Shown here: piece after piece, positions 39,577 to 49,650 of the stretch
How the letters are laid out: each line of letters opens with the position of its first letter
Numbering within the stretch: position 1 is the stretch's first letter
Origin: Oligoflexales bacterium
GTDB lineage: Bacteria; Bdellovibrionota_B; Oligoflexia; Oligoflexales; JAPPIL01
DNA length: 64,000 nucleotides
Assembly (NCBI GenBank): GCA_965215515.1
Contig: OZ244057.1
Span: 2,016,001 to 2,080,000, forward strand
Reading direction: 5' to 3'
Notes under the pieces: generated by a model
The model's database searches: none
Told to the model about the DNA's origin: nothing
Seen by the model: the letters and a program-made list of their open reading frames with translations, nothing else
Made by a program: the position numbers and the translations under genes

Positions 39577-39585
39577 TGGTAATCC

Positions 39586-42087
39586 TCAATGTGCGAAGGA
39601 AAGGTTTTCGTTATCGACATTACCGCCTGTAATTTTTTTTAATTTTTGAAACAGCATGTCAGGTTTTTCTTGAATGTTTTTCCATACCAGCGCATGCATA
39701 AGGACATCATCCATGTGATCGACAGTGATGATTTTTAGTTCTTTCAGCACTGTCTTGGGCAACTCATTAAGATGGTCACCATTTTCTTTAGGGATAAGAA
39801 TTTTACGAATGCCACCACGGTGTGCTGCGAGAATTTTTTCCTTCAAACCACCGATAGGAATGACTCGTCCCTGTAATGTCACTTCGCCTGTCATGGCAAT
39901 GTCTTTACTGATGGGACGCTCAGTCAAAGCTGAGGTAAGAGCTGTGGCAATACAGATACCAGCCGAAGGGCCGTCTTTCGGTATCGCCCCTTCAGGGATA
40001 TGGATATGGATGTCTAATTTCTGGTAAAAATCGGAGTTAAGATCAAGAAACTGTGCGCGCGAACGCACGTAGCTGAGTGCGGCATGCGCTGATTCCTGCA
40101 TGACTTCACCGAGCTTGCCCGTAATCGTTAGTTTACCCTTGCCTGGCAAGACAGCTACTTCACAGACGAGCAAATCACCCCCGACCTCCGTCCAGGCCAT
40201 GCCCGTGCACAAACCGACCTCATGTTCGGTATGCTGCACACCGACACGAAATTTACGTGCACCGAGATAATGTTGCACCGATTTAACGGTAATTGTCTCG
40301 ATAATTTTAAAATTATCGTTGCTCATCTCAGTCACAGTCGCAGTTTGCTCTGTTACTACACGAGGTGTGTTCTGTTGACTTTCACGTTTGCTCAAGTGAC
40401 GACGTGCAACTTTGCGACATATCGTGCCTATTTCGCGTTCAAGATTACGCACCCCCGCTTCTTTGGTGTAGTAGGTGACCAGTTCTCGTAATGCTTGTGT
40501 GTGAAAACGTAAATTGTGTTTCTTATCCAAACCATTCTCATGTAACTGCTTGGGAACAAGATACTGTTTAGCAATCTGAATTTTTTCTTCTTCAGTGTAG
40601 CCAGCGATAGAAATTATTTCCATGCGATCCAATAGCGGCTTAGGCACATTGTGTAGCGAATTGGCAGTAGCTACAAACAGACATTTTGAGAGATCATAAT
40701 CAAGATCGAGATAATGATCAGCAAAGTTGCTGTTCTGCTCGGGATCAAGTACCTCCAACAGAGCCGAAGCAGGATCGCCACGAAAATCCTGACTCATCTT
40801 GTCGATTTCATCGAGCAACATAACGGGGTTAGAGTAATTTACTTTTTTGATAGCAAGGATAGGCTTACCAGGCATCGAGCCGATGTAAGTACGGCGATGT
40901 CCACGAATTTCAGCCTCATCCCGCACCCCACCGAGTGAAATACGAGTAAACTTACGCCCCGTTGCCTTGGCGATACTGCGTGCTAGGGAAGTTTTCCCCA
41001 CGCCAGGCGGGCCGACTAAACATAGAATCGGACCCTTCGAAGTCTCTGTCAGCGAACGCACAGAAAGGTATTCGAGAATGCGATCTTTAACCTTTTCCAG
41101 CCCATAATGGTCGTTGTCAAGCGTTGCCGCGGCAAAACCTAAATCACGTATTTCTTTGATATATTCACCCCAAGGCAACGATAGCACCGTCTCGATATAA
41201 TTGCGTACCACCGTTGCCTCAGCCGACATGGTGGACATCATTTTTAATTTGCGTAATTCTTTTTTTAGTTTTTCGCTAGCTTCTCTAGATAGTTTTTTGT
41301 TTTTTATTTGATTTTCAATTTCACTAACTTCGGTACGACCGTCGTCACGTTCACCGAGTTCTTTTTGGATAGCGGCCATTTGTTCGTTTAGATAGTATTC
41401 TTTTTGGGTACGTTCCATTTGGTTTTTCACTCTGGCTTTAATTTTGCGTTCAACTTGCATGATTTCTACTTCGGAGTGAATGTGGCTGTAGATTTCTTCG
41501 AGGCGTTTGCGCGGGTCGGTTTCTGCTAGTAATTTCTGGCGTTGTTTGAGGCGTAAGTTGACGAGGTGGGCAACGAGAGTATCGGCGAGTTTAGACTCGT
41601 CTTCTATCTGTTGAATGGAGATCAGCATTTCGGGTGGAATGCGTTTATTGAGGCGTACATAGTTGTCGAATGAGAGACGCACAGCACGGGTAAGTGCCTC
41701 ACTTTCCAGACCGCGGGAGGGATGATCAGGCAACCGTTGTGCTTCGACCATAAAATAATCATCTTCGTGCACGTAGCGGATAATTTTGGCCCGTGCTTTG
41801 CCTTCCACTAGCACTTTTATTGTGCCGTCAGGTAGTTTGAGAAATTGTAAGATAGAAGAGATTGTGCCAACATCGTAGATATCGTCAGCAGTTGGGTCAT
41901 TGACACGTGGTTTTATCTGCGCAGCGAGCAAAATTTCTTTGTTGCCAGACATGGCTTCCTCAATAGCGCGAATAGATCTTTCTCGTCCGACAAACAGGGG
42001 CACGGCAGTGGCAGGGAACACTAAGATATCCCGCAGGGGCAATAAGGGAATCCTTACCACGCCGACACCGCGACCTGAAGTGGGCAT
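39586..42087 (-). CDS. lon: Lon protease
   Basis: PLLPLRD N domain, [17 protein letters not shown] catalytic Ser and GGLKEK. Confidence 0.97.
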   Translation of the reverse strand: MPTSGRGVGVVRIPLLPLRDILVFPATAVPLFVGRERSIRAIEEAMSGNKEILLAAQIKPRVNDPTADDIYDVGTISSILQFLKLPDGTIKVLVEGKARAKIIRYVHEDDYFMVEAQRLPDHPSRGLESEALTRAVRLSFDNYVRLNKRIPPEMLISIQQIEDESKLADTLVAHLVNLRLKQRQKLLAETDPRKRLEEIYSHIHSEVEIMQVERKIKARVKNQMERTQKEYYLNEQMAAIQKELGERDDGRTEVSEIENQIKNKKLSREASEKLKKELRKLKMMSTMSAEATVVRNYIETVLSLPWGEYIKEIRDLGFAAATLDNDHYGLEKVKDRILEYLSVRSLTETSKGPILCLVGPPGVGKTSLARSIAKATGRKFTRISLGGVRDEAEIRGHRRTYIGSMPGKPILAIKKVNYSNPVMLLDEIDKMSQDFRGDPASALLEVLDPEQNSNFADHYLDLDYDLSKCLFVATANSLHNVPKPLLDRMEIISIAGYTEEEKIQIAKQYLVPKQLHENGLDKKHNLRFHTQALRELVTYYTKEAGVRNLEREIGTICRKVARRHLSKRESQQNTPRVVTEQTATVTEMSNDNFKIIETITVKSVQHYLGARKFRVGVQHTEHEVGLCTGMAWTEVGGDLLVCEVAVLPGKGKLTITGKLGEVMQESAHAALSYVRSRAQFLDLNSDFYQKLDIHIHIPEGAIPKDGPSAGICIATALTSALTERPISKDIAMTGEVTLQGRVIPIGGLKEKILAAHRGGIRKILIPKENGDHLNELPKTVLKELKIITVDHMDDVLMHALVWKNIQEKPDMLFQKLKKITGGNVDNENLSFAH

Positions 42088-42324
42088 GATGCGCCTCCTT
42101 TGCGTGCTGCAGTTGTGCTTATAGAATCATTCTATCGCATCAAATTGGCAGATGCTAGGCGTGTCGCTGGTCTTTTATTGCTCGGCGTTATGTCCACCTC
42201 TTCTGTCAGGTTAATCTATCGTTCAAGTTGATGGGATAGCAAAAAAACCTAGACACGGCCTCTCTGTCGTTGCTAGACTGCTGCAGGTGGGTAGGGGTAA
42301 TGATTTGAGAAAGGAAAGCGATAG

Positions 42325-43860
42325 ATGACGAAGCGAGATGCATGGCGTGATTGGATGCCGCGTGCCTTTCAGTGGCTGGAAGAGTTACAACTGGAGACCG
42401 TGACTGGTTTAGGGCGCGGGGCGTTGCACATCGTACCGACCACCTGTGCGCAAGGCGAGATGCCGCAGGCGGACACGGCGGCACTGCCCGCCGATTTTGC
42501 GGAGCGTGTAGGTGCGGCGTTGCGTGATGATCGTTGGTGTGGGCAGGGTGGTAGCCACTTGCTGAAGATCGACGAATGTTATTTTTTGCTGCTACCGACC
42601 GCCAAGTTCGATACTTCGGCACCCCAGAAGGGTCGTCAGATAGGGATCGATGCCGCAAAACGGCTGGTGGATTTTAAGTTCACGCAGGTCGTTATCTGTG
42701 CCACAGAGCTCGATCCTTTGACCATCTTCGACGGCTTGGTGATGGGTTTCTACGGCATGAAGTTCAAGCGCACACCGTCTTTCTGCGGTGACGAGGACAG
42801 GGAGGCGGTCACCTTGCCGCAGCAGATACAAATTCTCGGGGAGGTCTCCGCGGCGCAGTTGGCGCGCACTCGTGAATTGGCACGGGCGGTCGTCATTACA
42901 CGCACCTTGCAGGATTCTCCACCCAACTGGCTTACCCCTGAGTGTATGGCGAGTTTCGCGACCAGTGCCGCGGCTGAGTTGGGCATCCCCTGCCGTGTCC
43001 TGGGGCCTGAGCAGCTGCGCGAGCTCGGTATGGGGTCTTACCTCGCGGTGGCTCAGGGCAGCATCAACGAGCCGCGCATGATTGTGCTGGAGGTAGAAGG
43101 CAGAGATCCGACTCGCAAAAAAGTTGCTTTGGTCGGTAAGGGTGTGACCTTCGATTCAGGGGGTATCAGCATCAAACCAGGACATGGGATGGCGGAGATG
43201 AAGTACGACATGTCAGGCGCGGCTGCCGTTTTTGGGGCGATGTGTTTTCTCGCCAAAGAGAGGCCACCTACTTCCGTCGTGGGTTTGATCGGTGCGGTGG
43301 AAAACATGCCTTCTGGCAGTGCTACTCGTCCTGGCGATATTGTGACCGCGATGGACGACACCAGCATCGAGGTGCTCAATACCGATGCGGAGGGTCGACT
43401 GGTGCTGGCTGATGTGCTCTGCTACGCAGTGAAAAATTATCAGCCACAGTTAATCATCGACATCGCCACCCTAACGGGCGGAGTTCTCTACGCTCTCGGT
43501 CAGAACGGTGCGGCTTTGATGAGCAACGACCGTAAATCCGCCGAGCGTGTTCTCAAGGCATCGTCGGCGGCAGGCGAGCCGCTGTGGCAGTTACCGCTCT
43601 GGCCTGAGCTGAAGAAGGAGGTGAAAGGCACGTACGCCGATCTGCAAAACATCACCGCTCCCAATGTCAAGGCGGGCACGATTACCGCGGCATGGTTTCT
43701 GGAGCGCTTTGTCTCCTCCACTCCGTGGGTGCATCTCGACGTGGCGGGCACGGCTTGGGACTGCAAGGCGACGGGCTACCCGCAAAAAGGCAGCTGTGCC
43801 TTTGGTCTACGCACGATGGCAGAAGTCTGCCACGGTATGACGGGAGACGACCGACTCTAG
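42325..43860 (+). CDS. pepA: M17 leucyl aminopeptidase
   Basis: GKGVTFDSGG, MKYDMSG and NTDAEGRL motifs. Confidence 0.92.
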   Translation: MTKRDAWRDWMPRAFQWLEELQLETVTGLGRGALHIVPTTCAQGEMPQADTAALPADFAERVGAALRDDRWCGQGGSHLLKIDECYFLLLPTAKFDTSAPQKGRQIGIDAAKRLVDFKFTQVVICATELDPLTIFDGLVMGFYGMKFKRTPSFCGDEDREAVTLPQQIQILGEVSAAQLARTRELARAVVITRTLQDSPPNWLTPECMASFATSAAAELGIPCRVLGPEQLRELGMGSYLAVAQGSINEPRMIVLEVEGRDPTRKKVALVGKGVTFDSGGISIKPGHGMAEMKYDMSGAAAVFGAMCFLAKERPPTSVVGLIGAVENMPSGSATRPGDIVTAMDDTSIEVLNTDAEGRLVLADVLCYAVKNYQPQLIIDIATLTGGVLYALGQNGAALMSNDRKSAERVLKASSAAGEPLWQLPLWPELKKEVKGTYADLQNITAPNVKAGTITAAWFLERFVSSTPWVHLDVAGTAWDCKATGYPQKGSCAFGLRTMAEVCHGMTGDDRL

Positions 43861-44051
43861 TCGGCGCTGCGCTGGTTTTTTATTTTGGCGGTGACTAGCG
43901 AGATCAGCTGCGAGGATACGGAGATCACGTCTCTGTTGCTACAACCCTCGTTGCACAACTGCTCGTAGATCGAGCAGGCAAGCACCTTGGCTGCTCTCTC
44001 GCTCACAGTCCCTGCGGGATGCGTCTCCCGCGCGATGCTCCTTTGGCTCAA
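43857..44051 (-). CDS. small hypothetical helical protein
   Basis: 64-aa ORF with an amphipathic pattern (KVLA-SIY-QL--EG...LISLVT); start codon uncertain. Confidence 0.5.
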   Translation of the reverse strand: MSQRSIARETHPAGTVSERAAKVLACSIYEQLCNEGCSNRDVISVSSQLISLVTAKIKNQRSAD

Positions 44052-44333
44052 GTTTAATCCACCCGTCCGCTCTGGTCTTGCTGCATAAGTCGGAGGGGTG
44101 TCAGGAGCGCGCCACTGTCCCCTCTATTGCAATGCTGTAAGTCCTTGTTGTGCTCAAACATTCGGCTGGGCTTGGCCAGCCAACCACTGCCAGGGTAGCA
44201 TATTTCGGGCTTGCAGTTCAACTTTTGCAAAAAACAATCCCCCCAAACAGTGAGCCAATACTTACCATAACCATTTAAAGAGCTAGTTAAAGATGAAGAG
44301 TTACTCATATCGTTGCTTACTCTCACAGTACAA

Positions 44334-44377
44334 TTTTCTTCAGTTTTGCCTCAATTATTTTACAAAACTGAAGAAAA
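44334..44377. repeat. 15-bp perfect inverted repeat (terminator or operator)
   Basis: TTTTCTTCAGTTTTG-N14-CAAAACTGAAGAAAA, just downstream of the ansA stop. Confidence 0.7.
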
Positions 44378-44413
44378 AGGAAGGTAGCTGTCCGACAAAA
44401 AATTTTAGTGTGT

Positions 44414-45412
44414 TTATGTTTTGCTCAGTTCACCCGCCAATGAGGTGGTGAACAGTCGCTCAATCGTAGTGCGTTTGTGGTGTGTGCCTTGCAATAACAT
44501 CATTTTGACGAGGCTGGTCTCGATGGTCATGTCGTAGCAGGAGATTGCCCCCCGTGCTTGTGCTTCACGCCCTCCTTCGTAGAGCGATAGGTCGACACAG
44601 CCGCGGGGGGATTGTGTAGCGATGGCAATGGTAAGACCGCTTTTGCTGTGTGCCTCCAACCATCGCAGCATGCGTGGGTAGAGGGGGATGTTGCCTGCCC
44701 CAAAGCCTTGTAAGATCATAGCCTTGCAGTTTACGGGAGGCAGAATGTCGAAGAGTGTCTCGTCAAAACCAGGATGTAGCTTGAGGCATAGCACTTTTGT
44801 TTCAAAACGTGGGTTAGGAAAAAAGTTTGTGCGCTCGCGCTGCATGTGCCTGTGAGCGAGCGACACGTGTAAACCGAGTTGTCCGAGAGCTGGATAATTG
44901 GGAGAATGAAAAGCGCTGTAGCGATCGTTGCTGATTTTTTGCACACGATTGCCCCGCCAGAGAGTGTTGTTGAATAGCACTGCGGTCTCTGGAATGTTTC
45001 TCGTGGCTAGTTCCACTGCATCGATAATATTGGTGCGAGCATCGGTGCGCAGCACACGCAAAGGGCGTTGTGCCCCTGTAAGAATTATCGGTAACGTCAT
45101 GTCTGCCAACAAAAAAGATAGTGCCGCCGCAGTATAAGCGATGGTATCAGTGCCGTGCAAAATTACCAGGCCATCACAGTCGTTCTGTGCGAGACGTGCA
45201 ATCCGTGCCAGTTGTAGCCAATGTACAGGTTGGATGCTGCTGCTGTCGAGGTTAAACGGCACTTGCAGCGCAACCTCAGCAACATCGGCCAGCTCAGGCA
45301 ACGAACGCAGCAGCGTCTCGGGGTCTTGCAGCGGACGCAGCACCCCGTCCTTGTTCCGCACCATACCGATCGTGCCACCCGTGTGAATGATAGTGACTCT
45401 CTTCTTGCTCAC
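44414..45412 (-). CDS. ansA: L-asparaginase type I
   Basis: TGGTI, DSS, HGTDT and TGAQ motifs; no signal peptide. Confidence 0.92.
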   Translation of the reverse strand: MSKKRVTIIHTGGTIGMVRNKDGVLRPLQDPETLLRSLPELADVAEVALQVPFNLDSSSIQPVHWLQLARIARLAQNDCDGLVILHGTDTIAYTAAALSFLLADMTLPIILTGAQRPLRVLRTDARTNIIDAVELATRNIPETAVLFNNTLWRGNRVQKISNDRYSAFHSPNYPALGQLGLHVSLAHRHMQRERTNFFPNPRFETKVLCLKLHPGFDETLFDILPPVNCKAMILQGFGAGNIPLYPRMLRWLEAHSKSGLTIAIATQSPRGCVDLSLYEGGREAQARGAISCYDMTIETSLVKMMLLQGTHHKRTTIERLFTTSLAGELSKT

Positions 45413-45517
45413 AGTTCGTCCAGGAAATACAGCTATGAGTGGGTTGCTAGCACAAATTGTCGAAAACGAGCAATAGCTGAAATGCTGTTGCCCTCGTTGT
45501 ACATCTGCCTTTAGAAG

Positions 45518-45551
45518 AGGGATAAGTTGCCTGATCAGGCAACTTATCCCT
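45518..45551. repeat. 34-bp perfect palindrome with no spacer
   Basis: AGGGATAAGTTGCCTGA|TCAGGCAACTTATCCCT. Confidence 0.9.
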
Positions 45552-45619
45552 ACTCATCTTACCTGCCAACTCTAGGAGGAAGCATATCCTATCGAATCTC
45601 TCTGGCTATCTTCCTTTCT

Positions 45620-46519
45620 TCACTGTCCATAGTCCATATAATCAGGCACGACGCTTCTTTTACCTATTATACCTTCAGTTAAATTTGATGGTATAAGCCA
45701 CATAACATGATCATCATCTCGAATCTCTCTGGCTATCTTCCTTTCTATATCGTCCATATGTTCAAGCACGCTTCTTTTACCTTTACCTTCAGTTAAATTT
45801 GATAATATAAACCGAATAACAGAATCATCATGAAGATAACTACCAGTACTTAATAATTTACCAGATTTAGATAGCTCATCATGTGCTTCGTTTTTAAGTT
45901 TAAGCAGCAGATCCATCTCGAGCTTATGTTGAGACGCTTCACTCTTCAGTGACTCAAGCGGGTTAGTGCCCCAAAATCCATACCGCTCGAGCGCGATAGG
46001 GTCATCTATATGGGCATCAACAGCAAGAAAGTTTGCATCTGTAGCCGCTTGAGCTGCTTTTTTCTCCACCAACTTAACCGTTTTGACATCCCCACTAAGA
46101 TATGCTGCCAACTGAACGTGTTTGAAATCTTCTGGAGCACCTAAACCCTCAGTCAGCAACCCCTTCAGTGCAAGAGTATCGCCACCTGCCGCTGCGTTTA
46201 CTGCTTTAATGGTGTTACTACTACACGCGGCAGGATCAGCAAGACAATCTCTCACGGTAGCCCTACTAACATCTACAGAAACATACTTCCCATACCCCCA
46301 AGGTAATCTTTCACCCGAAAGCCTGACAACATCTGCAATAGCCTGCATGCTTCCGAAGCCAGTAAAACCGCGAGGATTTACCTCCTTTGCAGTCAGTATT
46401 CCTAGAGTCTTGGCGGAACTGCGCACCTGCTTGACTACTGATGCTATGACACGCGGTGACATACTGAACACATTGCTGGACATACCTAGACACATCATTA
46501 AAAACAACAACTTCTTCAT
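45620..46519 (-). CDS. hypothetical secreted protein with a duplicated C-terminus
   Basis: SD AGGAGA before MKKLLFL; signal peptide; SNLTEG--KRSV occurs twice. Confidence 0.7.
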   Translation of the reverse strand: MKKLLFLMMCLGMSSNVFSMSPRVIASVVKQVRSSAKTLGILTAKEVNPRGFTGFGSMQAIADVVRLSGERLPWGYGKYVSVDVSRATVRDCLADPAACSSNTIKAVNAAAGGDTLALKGLLTEGLGAPEDFKHVQLAAYLSGDVKTVKLVEKKAAQAATDANFLAVDAHIDDPIALERYGFWGTNPLESLKSEASQHKLEMDLLLKLKNEAHDELSKSGKLLSTGSYLHDDSVIRFILSNLTEGKGKRSVLEHMDDIERKIAREIRDDDHVMWLIPSNLTEGIIGKRSVVPDYMDYGQ

Positions 46520-46561
46520 TGTAGTTCTCCTAAAATGATTAATGAAAACAATAACGGAGTA

Positions 46562-46588
46562 ATTGTAAAAAAAAAACGTTCTTGTCAA
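46562..46588 (-). promoter_or_regulatory. sigma-70-like promoter with a homopolymer spacer
   Basis: TTGACA-N15-TACAAT on the minus strand, with a T10 run. Confidence 0.55.
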
Positions 46589-46714
46589 TGAAAATTTGGA
46601 AAATTATTCTTTTACTTATCGCGGCTGCCTGAGTGAGGTAGTCCGCGAGTGCATTTGTTAGCCAAGTACACCAGCCTCGTGTTAAAATATCGAACACAGC
46701 ATGACAGGGTGAAC

Positions 46715-47857
46715 ATGACTGGGCGACGAAGACGCACAGAGAGGAAAAGACAGCGCCACAAGGCTGCCAAAGCCCGTCACTCCCACCCTCATGACAGCGT
46801 CTTCAAGACAATCTTCAAGCGTCCCGAACACTGCCGTGCCTTGCTACAGGTCTTGCTTTCCCCTAGCTTCTACGCCATCTTCAATTGGCCCGCGCTGCAG
46901 ATCACCGAAAGCACCGCAGCGGGAAGGAAGGGACAGGAACGCAGAGCTGACATCGTACTGGAAGTGCCGTTGTGGCCTTCCAAAGCCCGTGTCATCATCA
47001 CTATCATCTTGGAGCACAAGAGTTACCGTGACAACGACACCATCCTGCAGATGCTGGGCTATTACAACGAGATCGCCCAACAGACGGGCGGCATCATCCT
47101 CCCCATCATCGTCACCTGTGGCAAGGACAAGAGAGCAGTTATCCCCTCCGATTACCTTAGTTGGGCACTGCAAAAGCAGGGTGCACCCGAAGAGTTGAGG
47201 CGGCAACTGAAGAAAATTGCCAATTTTGCTTGTCCTTTAGTGAACTTACACGATTTATCCTACCGTCGCATGCGCCGCGGAGGCGAGGTGGTGAGCTTGG
47301 CGTTGTTCGGCATACGTAACTACTGGGATATGGACGAAGAGGTAGTGGTCAAGATTCTCAAGAAGGCACGCCTGTTGCCACAACAGGAGCGAGAGTTTAT
47401 GCTCAATGTGTTAATGGACTACTACGAATGTGCCGATAAGGGGTACGACGTGAGGGGGTTTGCGGAGATTGAACGTAAGCGTTTTCCACACCTGAAGGAG
47501 GAAGAAAGACTGATGCCAGAGATGGAATTTGGCCTTGATAGAGCGAGACAAGAGGGCATACGGCAGGGTATGCGCAAAGGCAAGCGGCAAGGTATCGAGC
47601 AGGGTATCGAGCAGGGTATCGAGCAAGGTATCGAGCAAGGTATCGAGCAGGGTATCGAGCAGGGTATCGAGCAGGGTATCGAGCAGGGTATCGAGCAGGG
47701 TATCGAGCAGGGTATGCGCAAGGGCGTAGAGCAAAAACAGCGGGATGTCGTCGCGCGGATGTTGGCGAGAGGTATGCCTGACAAGCAGATCTGTGACGTT
47801 ACACAGATTAGCACAAAAGAGCTAGCTGACATTAAGCGTGAGCTGCAAAAAAGCTGA
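46715..47857 (+). CDS. Rpn family recombination-promoting nuclease/putative transposase (PD-(D/E)XK), copy 1
   Basis: PHD--FK, RADIV and ILEHKS motifs; G-EQ repeats and a C-terminal helical cap. Confidence 0.88.
   Translation: MTGRRRRTERKRQRHKAAKARHSHPHDSVFKTIFKRPEHCRALLQVLLSPSFYAIFNWPALQITESTAAGRKGQERRADIVLEVPLWPSKARVIITIILEHKSYRDNDTILQMLGYYNEIAQQTGGIILPIIVTCGKDKRAVIPSDYLSWALQKQGAPEELRRQLKKIANFACPLVNLHDLSYRRMRRGGEVVSLALFGIRNYWDMDEEVVVKILKKARLLPQQEREFMLNVLMDYYECADKGYDVRGFAEIERKRFPHLKEEERLMPEMEFGLDRARQEGIRQGMRKGKRQGIEQGIEQGIEQGIEQGIEQGIEQGIEQGIEQGIEQGIEQGMRKGVEQKQRDVVARMLARGMPDKQICDVTQISTKELADIKRELQKS
47591..47710 (+). repeat. 12-bp tandem repeat x10 (GIEQ)
   Basis: GGTATCGAGCA(G/A) repeated ten times. 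Confidence 0.95.
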
Positions 47858-47949
47858 TCGTCAGGTGGCTCACAAATTTGCCCATGCATTTGTTAGCCAA
47901 GTACACCAGCCTCGTGTTAAAATATCGAACACAGCATGACAAGGTGAAC

Positions 47950-49068
47950 ATGACTGGGCGACGAAGACGCACAGAGAGGAAGAGACAGCGCCGCAAGGCT
48001 GCCAAAGCCCGTCACTCCCACCCTCATGACAGCGTCTTCAAGACAATCTTCAAGCGTCCCGAACACTGCCGTGCCTTGCTACAGGTCTTGCTTTCCCCTA
48101 GCTTCTACACCATCTTCAATTGGCCCGCGCTGCAGATCACCGAAAGCACCGCAGCGGGAAGGAAGGGACAGGAACGCAGAGCTGACATCGTACTGGAAGT
48201 GCCGTTGTGGCCTTCCAAAGCCCGTGTCATCATCACTATCATCTTGGAGCACAAGAGTTACCGTGACAACGACACCATCCTGCAGATGCTGGGCTATTAC
48301 AACGAGATCGCCCAACAGACAGGCGGCATCATCCTCCCCATCATCGTCACCTGTGGCAAGGACAAGAGAGCAGTTATCCCCTCCGATTACCTTAGTTGGG
48401 CACTGCAAAAGCAGGGTGCACCCGAAGAGTTGAGGCGGCAACTGAAGAAAATTGCCAATTTTGCTTGTCCTTTAGTGAACTTACACGATTTATCCTACCG
48501 TCGCATGCGCCGCGGAGGCGAGGTGGTGAGCTTGGCGTTGTTCGGCATACGTAACTACTGGGATATGGACGAAGAGGTAGTGGTCAAGATTCTCAAGAAG
48601 GCACGCCTGTTGCCACAACAGGAGCGAGAGTTTATGCTCAATGTGTTAATGGACTACTACGAATGTGCCGATAAGGGGTACGACGTGAGGGGGTTTGCGG
48701 AGATTGAACGTAAGCGTTTTCCACACCTGAAGGAGGAAGAAAGACTGATGCCAGAGATGGAATTTGGCCTTGATAGAGCGAGACAAGAGGGCATACGGCA
48801 GGGTATGCGCAAAGGCAAGCGGCAAGGTATCGAGCAGGGTATCGAGCAGGGTATCGAGCAAGGTATCGAGCAAGGTATCGAGCAAGGTATCGAGCAAGGT
48901 ATCGAGCAGGGTATCGAGCAGGGTGTGCGCAAGGGCGTAGAACAAAAGCAGCGGGATGTCGTCGCACGGATGTTGGCGAGAGGTATGCCTGACAAGCAGA
49001 TCTGTGACGTTACACAGGTTAGCACAAAAGAGCTAGCTGACATTAAGCATGAGCTGCAAAAAAGCTGA
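47950..49068 (+). CDS. Rpn family nuclease, copy 2
   Basis: Same motifs as copy 1; two fewer repeats and five amino-acid substitutions. Confidence 0.88.
   Translation: MTGRRRRTERKRQRRKAAKARHSHPHDSVFKTIFKRPEHCRALLQVLLSPSFYTIFNWPALQITESTAAGRKGQERRADIVLEVPLWPSKARVIITIILEHKSYRDNDTILQMLGYYNEIAQQTGGIILPIIVTCGKDKRAVIPSDYLSWALQKQGAPEELRRQLKKIANFACPLVNLHDLSYRRMRRGGEVVSLALFGIRNYWDMDEEVVVKILKKARLLPQQEREFMLNVLMDYYECADKGYDVRGFAEIERKRFPHLKEEERLMPEMEFGLDRARQEGIRQGMRKGKRQGIEQGIEQGIEQGIEQGIEQGIEQGIEQGIEQGVRKGVEQKQRDVVARMLARGMPDKQICDVTQVSTKELADIKHELQKS
48826..48921 (+). repeat. 12-bp tandem repeat x8 (GIEQ)
   Basis: GGTATCGAGCA(G/A) repeated eight times. Confidence 0.95.
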
Positions 49069-49185
49069 TCGTCAGGTGGCTCACAAATTTGCCCATCAAG
49101 TATGGTACACAGTGACTACTTGGTGATGTTCCAGAGTAAGGAGTTAGCGATATTGCCGAACACATACCGCGTAAGTACCCAGTAA

Positions 49186-49599
49186 GTGATGGCAGGCACT
49201 TCAAGTAAAGCACTTGATGCTGCTAAGATGGCACTGGATTGGGAGGATACATCTCTCATGGCTGGTGTAAATGCATTTATTTCTGGAGGGAAGAAGGTAG
49301 ATACAGAAAAAGAAGCACTGAAAGGAGCAGAAATGTTTAAAAATTTTTTTGCGCATGAGAAGAAGAAGATATTAGGTATTAAGACCGCTGCATCAGGAGC
49401 GGGAGCGGCGGCTGTGATAGCACTTACTCAGGCTGTTTGGGGCCAGGGTGAGAAGGAATTGGGCAGTAGCTGGAATCAGATTTTTAGTACCAGCGGCGAG
49501 TTTGCCGATGCCACCTCTGTCAGTGATCTGCCCGCCATCGTGCACAGCCTTGCCGAAACATTCGGTCATAAAGTAAACACGGCTGCGCTGTCCCTGTAA
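49186..49599 (+). CDS. hypothetical protein, possibly a 3' gene remnant
   Basis: Protein-like composition, but no SD and an in-frame TAA directly before the start. Confidence 0.4.
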   Translation: MMAGTSSKALDAAKMALDWEDTSLMAGVNAFISGGKKVDTEKEALKGAEMFKNFFAHEKKKILGIKTAASGAGAAAVIALTQAVWGQGEKELGSSWNQIFSTSGEFADATSVSDLPAIVHSLAETFGHKVNTAALSL

Positions 49600-49650
49600 T
49601 CAGGTGACGCGCCCCCAGTCAATATGTCGCGGGAGTGTTTTTTGATAATA

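Larger units (their letters stand above)
46650..49096 (+). repeat. head-to-tail duplication of a ~1.2-kb Rpn cassette
   Basis: Unit 1 is 46650-47884 and unit 2 is 47885-49096; near-identical, including upstream TGTTAAAAT and the 3' flank. Confidence 0.95.

Noticed and set aside
44054..44326. 90-aa ORF upstream of the small protein
   Set aside because: No SD and no recognisable composition or motif; more likely intergenic.
47591..48921. 12-bp arrays as a CRISPR array
   Set aside because: Contiguous in-frame coding repeats with no spacers and no cas genes.
46650..49096. Rpn copies as IS elements or a pure assembly artefact
   Set aside because: No terminal inverted repeats or target duplication; the copies differ by SNPs and repeat number, although long reads are still needed to exclude merged strain variants.
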